Shown here in pieces: positions 39,768-50,001 of a DNA stretch of 64,000 nt. How positions within the stretch are numbered: the stretch's first letter is position 1; each line of letters starts with the position of its first letter. The translations under genes were made by a program, and so were the position numbers. Origin of the DNA: a virus. Its lineage: Duplodnaviria > Caudoviricetes. A model generated the notes under the pieces. That model did no database searches. It was not told where the DNA came from and saw nothing but the letters and a program-made list of their open reading frames with translations. The stretch lies in the IMG/VR virus record IMGVR_UViG_3300022602_000026, one strand, 5' to 3'.

Positions 39768-40153
39768 AACAGATACGCATAACTTCTGAACACTTTGTGC
39801 CCCGGGGCGAACAAGGTTATCCCGACGCCGGCATGGATCCTGCAGATTTGCGTAGACTAAAGCAACTGGCCGGAGTTCCTGTTAACGAGGACTATTATCA
39901 AGCCGGTGGGCACGATCCTGCAATAGATACTCCCAACAATAACGATCAAGCAATGCCAAGTGTATTAGGCGGCATTGGCAATAAGAACGTCACTGACAAA
40001 CGCAAAATAGAAAAAGAAAAAGGCATCAAGCCTGGTAGTGATGAATGGTTTAAACTTTGGTTTGCAAAGCCATTATTAACCGGAGAAAAGCCGGTGGGTG
40101 ATGCACCGGCTCCGCGTATAGATCGAATGACTAAAAAACCCTCTAGCGACTAG
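39764..40153 (+). CDS. Hypothetical protein
   Basis: ATGA overlap; LRRLKQLAGV and IKPGSDEWFKLWF motifs. Confidence 0.65.
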   Translation: MKQIRITSEHFVPRGEQGYPDAGMDPADLRRLKQLAGVPVNEDYYQAGGHDPAIDTPNNNDQAMPSVLGGIGNKNVTDKRKIEKEKGIKPGSDEWFKLWFAKPLLTGEKPVGDAPAPRIDRMTKKPSSD

Positions 40154-40679
40154 CTACTTTTTTGTCAGTACCCAAGTATTGATTCCATGACTCTTGCCGT
40201 ACTGTAAATGGCATTTCTTTCCACTTTTTAACTAAAGCATAGTAGTCGGGCTTGTAGGGCCTAATACGAGGCAGGATGTTGGTCTTACTGCCCTTATTAA
40301 AGTTACAGGTCTTGCAAGCAGTCACACAGTTAGTCCAATTGGTCTTACCACCACTAACACGTGGTAAAACGTGATCAATAGTTAAATCTTCAAAATCAAA
40401 CACATCATTACAGTACTGGCATTGAAACAGGTCACGCAGGTACATGTTGTAACGACTAAATCTAACTCCTTTCTTGAAATGAAAGTAATCTTTGGTAACA
40501 CATACGCTGGGAACATTGATGGTCAAATGCTCAGAACGGATTAACCAATCTGGGTAAGTTTCCAGTACATTAACTCTGCCCAAAAACATAAGTTTAATGG
40601 CATGTTGCCAGTTGATTACACTCAGAGGCAGGATTGAAATTGGTTCGTAGTTGCTGTTGAGCAACAAAGTATCACTCAT
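40143..40679 (-). CDS. HNH endonuclease (McrA-like)
   Basis: RDLFQCQYC..LTIDHVLPRVSGG..NWTNCVTACKTCN; SD GAGG. Confidence 0.9.
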   Translation of the reverse strand: MSDTLLLNSNYEPISILPLSVINWQHAIKLMFLGRVNVLETYPDWLIRSEHLTINVPSVCVTKDYFHFKKGVRFSRYNMYLRDLFQCQYCNDVFDFEDLTIDHVLPRVSGGKTNWTNCVTACKTCNFNKGSKTNILPRIRPYKPDYYALVKKWKEMPFTVRQESWNQYLGTDKKVASR

Positions 40680-40740
40680 TTTGATTACCTCTTTTTGAAA
40701 TGGTGTTAAATATACTTATATTATATAGCAAAAATCATTT

Positions 40741-42303
40741 ATGAGCAAAGAATTAGAAACCGCAATTATACGTAGCCCTTATAAGGCCTTGAGTATGACT
40801 GAGGAACAGATCCTTGAGTTTGCTCGATGTGCCGATCCAGTAACCGGTCCCAAATACTTCATGACCAATTACTTTTATATCCAACATCCTACCAAGGGAA
40901 GTATCCAGTACAAGCCGTACGAATATCAGGTACGCCTAATAGATGCTTATCATAACAATAGATTCTCAATAAGTCTAATGCCTAGACAAACAGGTAAGAC
41001 CATCAGTGCCGCAGGATACTTGTTGTGGTTTGCTATGTTTGTTCCGGATAGTACCATTCTTGTTGCGGCGCACAAGTATTTGGGTGCACAGGAGATTATG
41101 CAACGTATAAGATACAGTTATGAAAACTGTCCGGACTTTATACGTGCCGGTGTTACCAGTTATAACAAAGGTAGCCTGGACTTTGAAAACGGTAGTCGCA
41201 TAGTAAGTCAAACAACAACCGAAAACACCGGTCGTGGTATGTCCATATCGCTCCTGTACTGTGACGAGTTTGCGTTCGTACGGCCCACTATTGCAAGTGA
41301 ATTTTGGACTGCGATTACACCAACATTATCAACTGGTGGTAAGTGTATTATTACAAGTACCCCCAACTCAGATGAAGATCAGTTTGCACAGATATGGCGA
41401 GTTGCCAACGACACATTTGATGCCAATGGCAATACAACTGCTTTGGGCAAAAACGGATTCAAAGCATTTACCAGCAAGTGGCAGGAAACTCCCGGCAGAG
41501 ATCAAGCCTGGGCCGACCAAATGAAATCCCAACTTGGCGAAGAACGTTTCCGTCGTGAAATGGAATGTGAATTCATTATTTTCGACGAGACCTTGATCAA
41601 TCCGCTTAAACTTGTAGAGATGTCGGGTATAGAGCCTATAGAAAAACAAGGACAAGTGCGCTGGTACAAGAAGCCCACTAAGGGCAACATATATGTAGTG
41701 GCATTAGATCCCAGTTTGGGTACAGGTGGTGATCCTGCAGCAATGCAGATTGTTGAATTGCCCAGTATGATGCAAGTTGGCGAATGGCGTGACAATAAAA
41801 CTCCGGTTCAACGACAAGTTAGAATATTACAAGAAGTAACACAACATATCTTTGACTGCACCGGAATAGAAACCGATATCTATTACAGTGTAGAAAATAA
41901 TACCCTAGGTGAAGCTGCCTTGGTAGAAATTAGCAATATCGGCGAAGAAAAGATTCGTGGTATATTTTTACATGAGCCAGCCAGAAGCGGAACAGGAAGA
42001 AGTTACCGCAAAGGATTTACAACACTAAACAAGTCAAAAATTGCGGCCTGTAGTAAATTAAAAAATTGGGTAGAAACCACCAAGCTCAAACTAGCAAGTA
42101 AGATGTTAATCAGCGAGCTAAAGAATTTTGTAGCCAAAGGTACCAGTTTTGAAGCAAAAATTGGAGAAACTGACGATTTGGTAATGGCCATGTTGTTGGC
42201 AATTAGAATGATGCAACTGATACAGAACTTTGACTCGGCAATTGATGAAAAATTACGCAGCGATGAAGAGTTCGTTTCCCCTATGCCTTTTATAATGATG
42301 TAA
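40741..42303 (+). CDS. gp17: Terminase large subunit (T4 gp17-like)
   Basis: Walker A PRQTGKT, Walker B LLYCDEF, nuclease ALDPSLG and DDLVMA; TAAATA 40707-40712. Confidence 0.95.
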   Translation: MSKELETAIIRSPYKALSMTEEQILEFARCADPVTGPKYFMTNYFYIQHPTKGSIQYKPYEYQVRLIDAYHNNRFSISLMPRQTGKTISAAGYLLWFAMFVPDSTILVAAHKYLGAQEIMQRIRYSYENCPDFIRAGVTSYNKGSLDFENGSRIVSQTTTENTGRGMSISLLYCDEFAFVRPTIASEFWTAITPTLSTGGKCIITSTPNSDEDQFAQIWRVANDTFDANGNTTALGKNGFKAFTSKWQETPGRDQAWADQMKSQLGEERFRREMECEFIIFDETLINPLKLVEMSGIEPIEKQGQVRWYKKPTKGNIYVVALDPSLGTGGDPAAMQIVELPSMMQVGEWRDNKTPVQRQVRILQEVTQHIFDCTGIETDIYYSVENNTLGEAALVEISNIGEEKIRGIFLHEPARSGTGRSYRKGFTTLNKSKIAACSKLKNWVETTKLKLASKMLISELKNFVAKGTSFEAKIGETDDLVMAMLLAIRMMQLIQNFDSAIDEKLRSDEEFVSPMPFIMM

Positions 42304-42335
42304 AAGCATAAATAACAAATATACCAGAGACTAAT

Positions 42336-43829
42336 ATGGCCCGTGAAGTAGAAGCAATAGCATCAGCATTATTTGATAAAATTCGTACCAGATTCGACGA
42401 CGTGAGACTGGGCGACGAAAAAAGCAAAGCCACCACAGATCCGGAAAAAGCTCGTTTTGTTAATTTTGATTACAAAGTTGATGGTAACAAAGTTGGCACT
42501 ATCACAATCAGTTTAATTGACGAAAACAGTTTAAAAGTCTACTATGGACAGAACATTGTTGACAATCTCAAGAAGATTGACGATGGCACGGCCGAAATAC
42601 AATGGTATAAATTTTTACGAGGTTTACGTGGATTTGCCAAACGTAACCTATTGAGCTTTGATGCACGTGATATTGCCAAAAAGAATTTGCAAATCAAAGA
42701 TGTCAAACAACAGAGCAAGGCCGACTCTACATTGGACACCGATGATATAGCAGTGAACGAAAGTCGTATGCACGGCACTAGTCGTAGTAGCTATCAAGAG
42801 TGTGGTCCGGTTAGAATTATTGTGCGCCACACTGACAATGTTGATGAAGAAAAGCGCGGAGCACGAGCACGTAATATCGAGTCGGTATTTATCGAAACAC
42901 ACCTAGGCGAGCGCAGACTGTTGCCGTTCAAGAACTTGCACGGTGCCAGAGCAATGGCACAACACATGAGCCAAGGTGGCGATGTGTATGACGAGCTAGG
43001 TGAAGGCATTACCAACATGGTAACAGAAATGGAAGCCATGCGACATTTTGTACGTGGAGCGGTCCGTAGACAATTTGAAGATGCCGAAACTGGTGAAATG
43101 GCACATGCTGCTGTCGGCAGATATAATCAATTAAAGCATCAACTTAGACACATTGGCGGACGTCGTGGTTATGGGGATTATAAATTAGAATCTTATAGCT
43201 CAGAATCACACGATGACGAAGATATAAATTTACAAGAGCTACGTGATCGTTTTGCCAAAAAAGTTTACAATGATCGATTTGACGAAGCGTTACCATACGT
43301 ATATAGAGCTTATATGAAACACAAACAACAAGAAACACCAATGGCCGAAGAATTTGAGTCTTGGGCCAACGAAGTCACTGAGGGAAGTTGGGCATTGCCC
43401 GATCAAGATGAAGAAGTTCAAGATCTAGATAAAATCATGACTCAACCTTTGGAAGTTGGCTCCGAAGCAGAAAATGCCACCGGTGTACTATACAACATAA
43501 TTGGCGACGATACTTTGTTTGACAAATTGCACATGCTGGCCAGCGCCGAAGGCCCCGATGCCGATGCACGCGGAGTGGTAATCGAGTGGTTACGTGACCA
43601 CAGTTATACCGAATTAGCCGATAGATACGATCAACAGTACACTCAAAATACTGCACCGTTGCAGGCCCAAGCACAACAAAACCAACAAGATGCAGCCATG
43701 CAACAGGCCCAAGCACAGGGACAGGGCATGGTTGGCGCTCCTGGAACCGACCCCAGTGCAGTTAAGCCCGCAGCCGAAAGTGCAGATCCACTCGAATTCA
43801 TGCGTAGATTGGCTGGATTAAATAAATAA
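42336..43829 (+). CDS. Hypothetical acidic late protein
   Basis: CATAAATA 42307-42314; C-terminus MRRLAGLNK resembles the scaffold C-terminus. Confidence 0.7.
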   Translation: MAREVEAIASALFDKIRTRFDDVRLGDEKSKATTDPEKARFVNFDYKVDGNKVGTITISLIDENSLKVYYGQNIVDNLKKIDDGTAEIQWYKFLRGLRGFAKRNLLSFDARDIAKKNLQIKDVKQQSKADSTLDTDDIAVNESRMHGTSRSSYQECGPVRIIVRHTDNVDEEKRGARARNIESVFIETHLGERRLLPFKNLHGARAMAQHMSQGGDVYDELGEGITNMVTEMEAMRHFVRGAVRRQFEDAETGEMAHAAVGRYNQLKHQLRHIGGRRGYGDYKLESYSSESHDDEDINLQELRDRFAKKVYNDRFDEALPYVYRAYMKHKQQETPMAEEFESWANEVTEGSWALPDQDEEVQDLDKIMTQPLEVGSEAENATGVLYNIIGDDTLFDKLHMLASAEGPDADARGVVIEWLRDHSYTELADRYDQQYTQNTAPLQAQAQQNQQDAAMQQAQAQGQGMVGAPGTDPSAVKPAAESADPLEFMRRLAGLNK

Positions 43830-43844
43830 ATAAATAAATAAATA
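43819..43844 (+). repeat. (TAAA)6 microsatellite made of overlapping late-promoter cores
   Basis: TAAATAAATAAATAAATAAATAAATA spanning the upstream stop codon. Confidence 0.9.
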
Positions 43845-43860
43845 TATAAAAGGAATAAAA

Positions 43861-44436
43861 ATGGACCCAAGATTTTTTAGAAAATATTCAAACTTAGTTG
43901 AGGCTGCAGAAAAAGATTTATCAGTTCAACAACTGGACGAAGGCTTAATGGACACGTTACAAGCGCCAATGAAAAAATTGGCAAATGCTATCATGAGCAA
44001 ACTTGATCCACAAACTTTACAAGGCTTGCAACAAGCATACCAGGCCAGCGGTGGCGATCGTGACAAAATGATGGCAACAATTGGTATTACCAAACAAGAC
44101 CTGGCACCATTGGTCAAAAAAGCCCAACCCGGTCAAGCCCCTGGTCAACCCGCACCGGTCAACGAAGATTGGAACAATAGCTCGTTGAAAGGAAAAATTC
44201 TAACAGTGCTCATGAATGTTTTACCATTAACTGGAGTACTAGATTTATTATCTGGTGGACATATTGGCTTTGGAATGATGGGAGACGGCATCATGACTGC
44301 TATATGGTATGTGGTAAGTGCTGCTTTGGTTTGGGGTTGTGGACACTATGACTTTACCGACAACGCAAATGCCAAACCTGGTCAAGCACCTGCTGCAGGC
44401 GGATTGTCTACTGGAATGGGACAAGGTAGCTTCTAA
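43861..44436 (+). CDS. Hypothetical protein with two hydrophobic segments
   Basis: SD AAGGA; ILTVLMNVLPLTGVLDLL and IMTAIWYVVSAALVWG. Confidence 0.7.
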   Translation: MDPRFFRKYSNLVEAAEKDLSVQQLDEGLMDTLQAPMKKLANAIMSKLDPQTLQGLQQAYQASGGDRDKMMATIGITKQDLAPLVKKAQPGQAPGQPAPVNEDWNNSSLKGKILTVLMNVLPLTGVLDLLSGGHIGFGMMGDGIMTAIWYVVSAALVWGCGHYDFTDNANAKPGQAPAAGGLSTGMGQGSF

Positions 44437-44457
44437 ACTATTTTTGAGCATTCGTCC

Positions 44458-44514
44458 AAAGGCACAAAAATTTGTGCCTTTTTCCTTGACTAGGCATAAA
44501 TATTATTATACAAT
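44458..44514 (+). promoter_or_regulatory. Terminator hairpin followed by nested sigma70 and late promoters for gene 32
   Basis: AAAGGCACAAA/TTTGTGCCTTT hairpin; TTGACT (44486)-17-TACAAT (44509); CATAAATA 44495-44502 inside the spacer. Confidence 0.75.
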
Positions 44515-44574
44515 GCGGGAGTGCATTGTATATTTAGGCACAAAACATTAAGGCACATTATTAAGGAGAACATT

Positions 44575-45573
44575 ATGGCCATGACATTAGCAGAAATTCG
44601 CGCAAAACTACAAGCGAACGAGAACCGCGGTAGCGGTAAAACACAAGGCGACAACGCCATTTACGCACACTGGAACATTCCAGAAAACACAACGGCTCGC
44701 GTAAGATTCCTTCCCGACGCAAATACAAAAAATTCCTTCTTTTGGGTAGAACGTGCAATGATTCGTTTACCATTTGCCGGCATTAAAGGCCAAGCAGATA
44801 GTAAAATGGTTAATGTACAAGTACCTTGCATGGAAATGTGGGGCGAGGCATGTCCAATCTTGGCCGAAGTACGTCCTTGGTTTAAGGATCCCAATCTTGA
44901 AGAAATGGGACGTAAGTATTGGAAGAAGCGTAGTTACTTGTTCCAAGGCTTTGTAAGAGAAAACCCAATTGGAGATGACAAGACTCCAGAAAATCCAATA
45001 CGTAGATTTATCATCAGCCCACAGATCTTTAACTTGATCAAGAACGCCCTGATGGATCCCGACATGGAGAACTTGCCCACAGACTATAGTGCTGGACTTG
45101 ACTTTAACATTAAGAAGACAAGCAAGGGTGGCTATGCAGACTACAACACATCAACATGGGCACGTAAAGAAACTGCTCTTAATGCTGATGAAGCTGAAGC
45201 AATTGAAAAGTTTGGTTTGTATGACTTACAAGACTTTTTGCCCAAGAAGCCAACAGACGTTGAATTGAAAGTAATCAAGGAAATGTTTGAAGCCAGTGTA
45301 GATGGACAACCTTACGATCCCGATCGTTGGGCCAACTACTACAAGCCAAGTGGCTTTAAAGGCGGTGACGGTGTAGATGCCGACGCATTGCCAGCAGCAA
45401 CTCCAGTTGCTCAAGCCAAGCCTGCAGTGGTAGCATCTGCTCCAGTAGAGCCAGATGATATAGAGGATGATGTTCCGGTAGCAACTGCTCCGGTAGCAAC
45501 ACCAGCAGCAAAGCCATCAAGTCAAAAAGCCGAAGACATTTTGGCAATGATTCGAAACCGTAAATCTACATAA
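44575..45573 (+). CDS. gp32: Single-stranded DNA-binding protein (T4 gp32-like)
   Basis: VRFLPD, CPILAEV, YWKKRSY, DFNIKKT, DYNTSTW, acidic tail; SD AAGGAG before ATG 44575. Confidence 0.92.
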   Translation: MAMTLAEIRAKLQANENRGSGKTQGDNAIYAHWNIPENTTARVRFLPDANTKNSFFWVERAMIRLPFAGIKGQADSKMVNVQVPCMEMWGEACPILAEVRPWFKDPNLEEMGRKYWKKRSYLFQGFVRENPIGDDKTPENPIRRFIISPQIFNLIKNALMDPDMENLPTDYSAGLDFNIKKTSKGGYADYNTSTWARKETALNADEAEAIEKFGLYDLQDFLPKKPTDVELKVIKEMFEASVDGQPYDPDRWANYYKPSGFKGGDGVDADALPAATPVAQAKPAVVASAPVEPDDIEDDVPVATAPVATPAAKPSSQKAEDILAMIRNRKST

Positions 45574-45592
45574 ACAGTAGATGCTTGTGTCG

Positions 45593-45612
45593 GGTAGGGT
45601 ACGGTCCCTACC
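45593..45612 (+). terminator. Hairpin after gene 32
   Basis: GGTAGGG-TACGGT-CCCTACC followed by T-rich sequence. Confidence 0.6.
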
Positions 45613-45631
45613 TATTTCTTGTTTTACTTAA

Positions 45632-46507
45632 ATGATTATATCAAATAACGGCATTCATGTATTTGTATTTTGTTGTGCAGAATACGAACACTTTCTTGAC
45701 GAATGCATTGATTCAATCAAGCTAAATGTACTTGATACCGTGCTATCACTTAACATAGTAACAAACACATCGATAACACGTACTGGATGTAACACAATTA
45801 AAGATCCCGACTTTTGGGCACGAATCGATCCCGACTTTAAGTTTAAAAATTTATACAATCACAATTGGATTAAACAACAAATTTTTAAACTTGCAGTTGA
45901 CGAATATGTCAATGGTAATGCATTGATTGTCGACGCCGAAGTTTTATTCGTCAATAAAACTCAATGGATTGTTGACGGACGAGTAGATATGTACACCGAA
46001 GACATAATGCCACAATTGGACCGTGACACTAGAAACATGTTACGAGATGTTGTAGATCTAGAACGACAACTTGATGCCAGTTTTGTAACCGAAAGTATGA
46101 TTTTTGTTACCGACGTATTAAAAGAAATAAAAACTCAAATAGAACAAAAACATCGCCAACCCTGGCTTGAAGTGTTTGCCGATCTGCTACTAGTAGGAAT
46201 AGAAAGAAATCCTTTGTACATCATGTCCGAGTATGACATATACGGGAATTACTTTTACAAAAATTATAGGCCATTGGTCAATCAAATTAAACAAAAACGT
46301 TTCGACAATTATATTAGTCGACCTCGAGCCAACGCAACCAGCAACACCGGCGGCAAAACCAAATGGTTGACTTTTTATCAACAAATACGTGGCCAGGAGT
46401 GGCCCGACTGCAACAACGAAGAAGATTTTAAAAATCTTCCGTATCATATACAACAAGAATGTATCAATGAATTTGGTTACAACCCCGAATTACACGGTAA
46501 CAAATAA
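45632..46507 (+). CDS. Glycosyltransferase-like protein (DUF6492-like)
   Basis: WIKQQIFKL, LIVDAEVLF (DxD-like), MSEYDIYGNY; C-terminal YQQIRGQEWPDC module. Confidence 0.55.
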   Translation: MIISNNGIHVFVFCCAEYEHFLDECIDSIKLNVLDTVLSLNIVTNTSITRTGCNTIKDPDFWARIDPDFKFKNLYNHNWIKQQIFKLAVDEYVNGNALIVDAEVLFVNKTQWIVDGRVDMYTEDIMPQLDRDTRNMLRDVVDLERQLDASFVTESMIFVTDVLKEIKTQIEQKHRQPWLEVFADLLLVGIERNPLYIMSEYDIYGNYFYKNYRPLVNQIKQKRFDNYISRPRANATSNTGGKTKWLTFYQQIRGQEWPDCNNEEDFKNLPYHIQQECINEFGYNPELHGNK

Positions 46508-47469
46508 TGTCTATTAACAATCTTTACATAACAACAGTTGACTATCATTGGAAAGACGCCAGCATCAAATTGTTGGATAAAGGAAATTTGAATCAAGCAT
46601 TAATATTACGAAATCTAGTAGACTACCATACCACCATTGATGACATAACAACTCAAAATTTACAAAAAGTTTGCCAATCCGCTAACAAAATACATCTAGT
46701 AGACATTGATTTGAACACAGTGGTGCAACAAGACTATAAAAATAACGACCAATACAGTTATGGTCGATTATTTTACGAATTGATCAAGGTACGACACAAA
46801 GTACAAAATTTTGATTTCATTGACGGTTTTAATCTAGATAAGTTTGATAACCTAGATAGCGTTAGAGCAACTGATGATCCAGTATTGTGGACCATTGGAT
46901 GTTCGTTTACTGCCGGCGAAGGTGTCACCAATGAACAACGTTATGGATATTTGTTGGGCAAACAACTAAATCGTCCCGAGATTACACTGTCACGTAACGG
47001 AGCCAGTCAAGCCTGGGCTGCCGATCAGTTGTTAAGATCAGATGTCAGGGCCAACGACATTGTGGTTTGGGGACTAACCAACATACAACGATTTGAATAT
47101 GCACTAGATTGGGATCTATACTCGATGCCGGCGGCACGTTACAATCAAATACCAAAAGAACTTAGATATTGGCCTTTGGAATACTTTGACAGTACCACAA
47201 TGATAACTCAATCTGTCCGTAAAGTTTTACAAGTTATGAACTTTTGTAGTAAAATAAACGCTAAACTATATCTAGTAAATTTATATGATATAACTTGGAT
47301 GTCGACGGTGCTCAAGGACAACGAATCGTTCTTGGATCTAACCAAAGACTTTCCAATAAGTGAATGTCTAAACAAGTATTTTGATATTGGAACAGATGGA
47401 TTACATCCGGGACCTATTACACAAAAATGGTACTCGGAACAAATATACAATTTTATTAAGGAAAAATAA
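46507..47469 (+). CDS. SGNH/GDSL-hydrolase-like protein
   Basis: GCSFTAG (block I), LSRNGAS, DGLHPG (block V). Confidence 0.7.
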   Translation: MSINNLYITTVDYHWKDASIKLLDKGNLNQALILRNLVDYHTTIDDITTQNLQKVCQSANKIHLVDIDLNTVVQQDYKNNDQYSYGRLFYELIKVRHKVQNFDFIDGFNLDKFDNLDSVRATDDPVLWTIGCSFTAGEGVTNEQRYGYLLGKQLNRPEITLSRNGASQAWAADQLLRSDVRANDIVVWGLTNIQRFEYALDWDLYSMPAARYNQIPKELRYWPLEYFDSTTMITQSVRKVLQVMNFCSKINAKLYLVNLYDITWMSTVLKDNESFLDLTKDFPISECLNKYFDIGTDGLHPGPITQKWYSEQIYNFIKEK

Positions 47470-47471
47470 TT

Positions 47472-48548
47472 ATGGCAAAAGCATTTGACGTTAGCAAATT
47501 TAGAAAAGGCATTACTAAAAGTATTGACGGTATCAGTATAGGTTTTACTGACCCAACCGATTGGATTAGTACAAACAACTATGCGTTGAACTATCTTATC
47601 TCGGGTGACTTTAACAAGGGAATTCCCATGGGCAAGGTCACTGTATTTGCCGGAGAATCGGGCGCAGGTAAAAGTTTTATTTGTTCGGGTAACTTGATTA
47701 AAAATGCACAAGCACAGGGCATTTATGTTATCCTAGTAGATACAGAAAACGCACTAGATGAAGCTTGGTTGCAGGCACTGGATGTAGACACCAGTGAAGA
47801 CAAGTTACTAAAATTGAACATGGCCATGATCGATGATCTTGCCAAAATGATCAATGACTTTGTAAAAGAATACAAAACCATTCCCGAAACCGAACGTCCC
47901 AAGGTGTTGTTTGTTATTGACAGTTTGGGCATGTTGTTGACTCCCACTGACGTAAATCAATTTGCAGCTGGTGACTTGAAAGGTGACTTGGGACGCAAGC
48001 CCAAAGCACTTACTGCCCTAGTTCGTAACTGTGTTAATATGTTTGGTGATTTAAACATTGGCTTGGTGGCAACCAATCACACCTACGCCAGCCAAGACAT
48101 GTTTGATCCAGAAGACAAGATTTCGGGCGGACAAGGATTCATTTATGCATCAAGTATCGTTGTTGCTATGCGTAAGTTGAAACTAAAAGAAGACGAAGAT
48201 GGTAACAAGATTAGTGAAGTCAAAGGTATCCGTGCTGCATGTAAGATCATGAAAACACGTTACGCAAAACCGTTTGAAAGTGTACAAGTCAAAATTCCTT
48301 ACGAAACTGGTATGAATCCTTATTCGGGCTTGACTGATCTAGTTGAAGGTAAAGATCTTTTAAAGAAGGAAGGCAATAGTTTGGTATATACAACAGTGGA
48401 TGGCGAAATCATTAAAAAGTTCCGCAAAGCATGGGAACGCAATGATGATGGATGTTTGGATCGGATTATGAGTGATATCACTGCACATCCGCATGTACTA
48501 TCAAAGACCACACCAATTGAACAAACAGAAGAGGAAGCAACAGAATGA
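47472..48548 (+). CDS. uvsX: RecA-like recombinase UvsX
   Basis: Walker A GESGAGKS, FVIDSLG, ISGGQGFIYASS. Confidence 0.95.
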   Translation: MAKAFDVSKFRKGITKSIDGISIGFTDPTDWISTNNYALNYLISGDFNKGIPMGKVTVFAGESGAGKSFICSGNLIKNAQAQGIYVILVDTENALDEAWLQALDVDTSEDKLLKLNMAMIDDLAKMINDFVKEYKTIPETERPKVLFVIDSLGMLLTPTDVNQFAAGDLKGDLGRKPKALTALVRNCVNMFGDLNIGLVATNHTYASQDMFDPEDKISGGQGFIYASSIVVAMRKLKLKEDEDGNKISEVKGIRAACKIMKTRYAKPFESVQVKIPYETGMNPYSGLTDLVEGKDLLKKEGNSLVYTTVDGEIIKKFRKAWERNDDGCLDRIMSDITAHPHVLSKTTPIEQTEEEATE

Positions 48549-48769
48549 GTATAGATGTAGACGTACTTGGCGAAGTATATACTATTTTAAAACAGTATAT
48601 CCCGGTAAAAGACAGACAAGAAGCTGCAGACAATTTAATGAGCGTGCTAGTAGATATGTTGAACGACATTGATCTGCAAGAGTTTGGTGGCACCGACAGT
48701 AATCTTAAAAAGGCACTTAAAGAGTATGTGGTTGACGAAGACGACAACTACAACGAAGAAGATGAATAA
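48545..48769 (+). CDS. Small acidic hypothetical protein
   Basis: ATGA overlap with uvsX; 74 aa. Confidence 0.7.
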   Translation: MSIDVDVLGEVYTILKQYIPVKDRQEAADNLMSVLVDMLNDIDLQEFGGTDSNLKKALKEYVVDEDDNYNEEDE

Positions 48770-50001
48770 TGCTACCCAATTATTTTCCGATTCAAACAGA
48801 AACTGCTTGTAAATTAAAATGGAGTTGGAGTACTATTTATTTAAATTCTGGAACAACTGCATCCTGTCATCGAGCTTCCAAAAGCGATATTGATACAGAT
48901 AATTTCCATAATTTTCATAATACGGAAACAAAATTACAAGCACGTGAGTTGATGTTTGACGGAAAATGGCCTGCGGGCGGTTGCGAGTACTGCCAAGGTA
49001 TAGAAAATTCTGGCGGTTTCAGTGACAGGATGTTGCATAATTCTATTCCGGGACTGCACCCCGGTTCATTGGACTCTACTACAGTAGATCCTGCGATATT
49101 AGAAGTATATTTTAATAACACCTGCAACTTGTCTTGTTTGTACTGCAAGCCAGAACTAAGTTCTAGTATAGATCAAGAAAATAATAAATTTGGTGTTTTT
49201 AACAAAAACGGAATAATTTTATCGCCCTTGAGCAAAAAGCATATTGGAGAACTAGAGCCAAAATTTTGGCAGTGGATGAAAGATAATTTTTCTAAACTTC
49301 AAAGATTTCATTTTTTAGGTGGCGAACCTTTTTATCAAAAACAATTAAACACATTGATTGATTTTATTCAAGACAATGCCAATCCCAATCTCGAACTTAA
49401 CCTTGTAACAAACCTCATGATTTCCCATGATACACTGGTTAAAAAAATTGATGAAATTAAACAATTAATTATTAAAAGAAAAATTAAAAGATTTGATTTA
49501 ACTGTCAGTATTGACTGTTGGGGCCCGGAACAAGAATATGTGCGTTACGGATTAGACTTAAACACTTGGTTAGAAAATTTTACATATCTATTGGATCAAA
49601 AATGGATTAAATTAAATATCAATCAAGCAATATCGGTACTAACAATTAAAACCATGCCAGAGTTAATTGTAAAATTAAATGAATGGAACTGTAAAAGGCC
49701 AGTGGGACATTTTTTCAGTGTCGTACAACCTGGTCCCAGTTACATGAGACCAAATATATTTGGCCCCGGAGTATTTGACAACGATTTCGAAAATATATTA
49801 AAATTAATGCCAAGCAACACCGCCGACGAACAACGAGCAGTTCATGCCATGTCCGGTATAGCAAACGAAATTAAATCAAACAACATCAACGCCGTTGAAA
49901 TTAATAAATTGTTTACATTCTTAAACGAAAAAGATCGCCGACGCCAAACCAATTGGCGCACAACCTTTCCATGGTTAACCGAGTACGAAAATGTGGTATA
50001 A
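48769..50001 (+). CDS. Radical SAM protein with N-terminal Cys-rich (twitch-like) domain
   Basis: CNLSCLYC, FLGGEPF; N-terminal C..W..SCH..CEYC. Confidence 0.88.
   Translation: MLPNYFPIQTETACKLKWSWSTIYLNSGTTASCHRASKSDIDTDNFHNFHNTETKLQARELMFDGKWPAGGCEYCQGIENSGGFSDRMLHNSIPGLHPGSLDSTTVDPAILEVYFNNTCNLSCLYCKPELSSSIDQENNKFGVFNKNGIILSPLSKKHIGELEPKFWQWMKDNFSKLQRFHFLGGEPFYQKQLNTLIDFIQDNANPNLELNLVTNLMISHDTLVKKIDEIKQLIIKRKIKRFDLTVSIDCWGPEQEYVRYGLDLNTWLENFTYLLDQKWIKLNINQAISVLTIKTMPELIVKLNEWNCKRPVGHFFSVVQPGPSYMRPNIFGPGVFDNDFENILKLMPSNTADEQRAVHAMSGIANEIKSNNINAVEINKLFTFLNEKDRRRQTNWRTTFPWLTEYENVV

Noticed and set aside
1307-48548. Introns or inteins in gp23, gp17 or uvsX
   Set aside because: ORFs are continuous and of ordinary length, with no intein or group I signatures noticed
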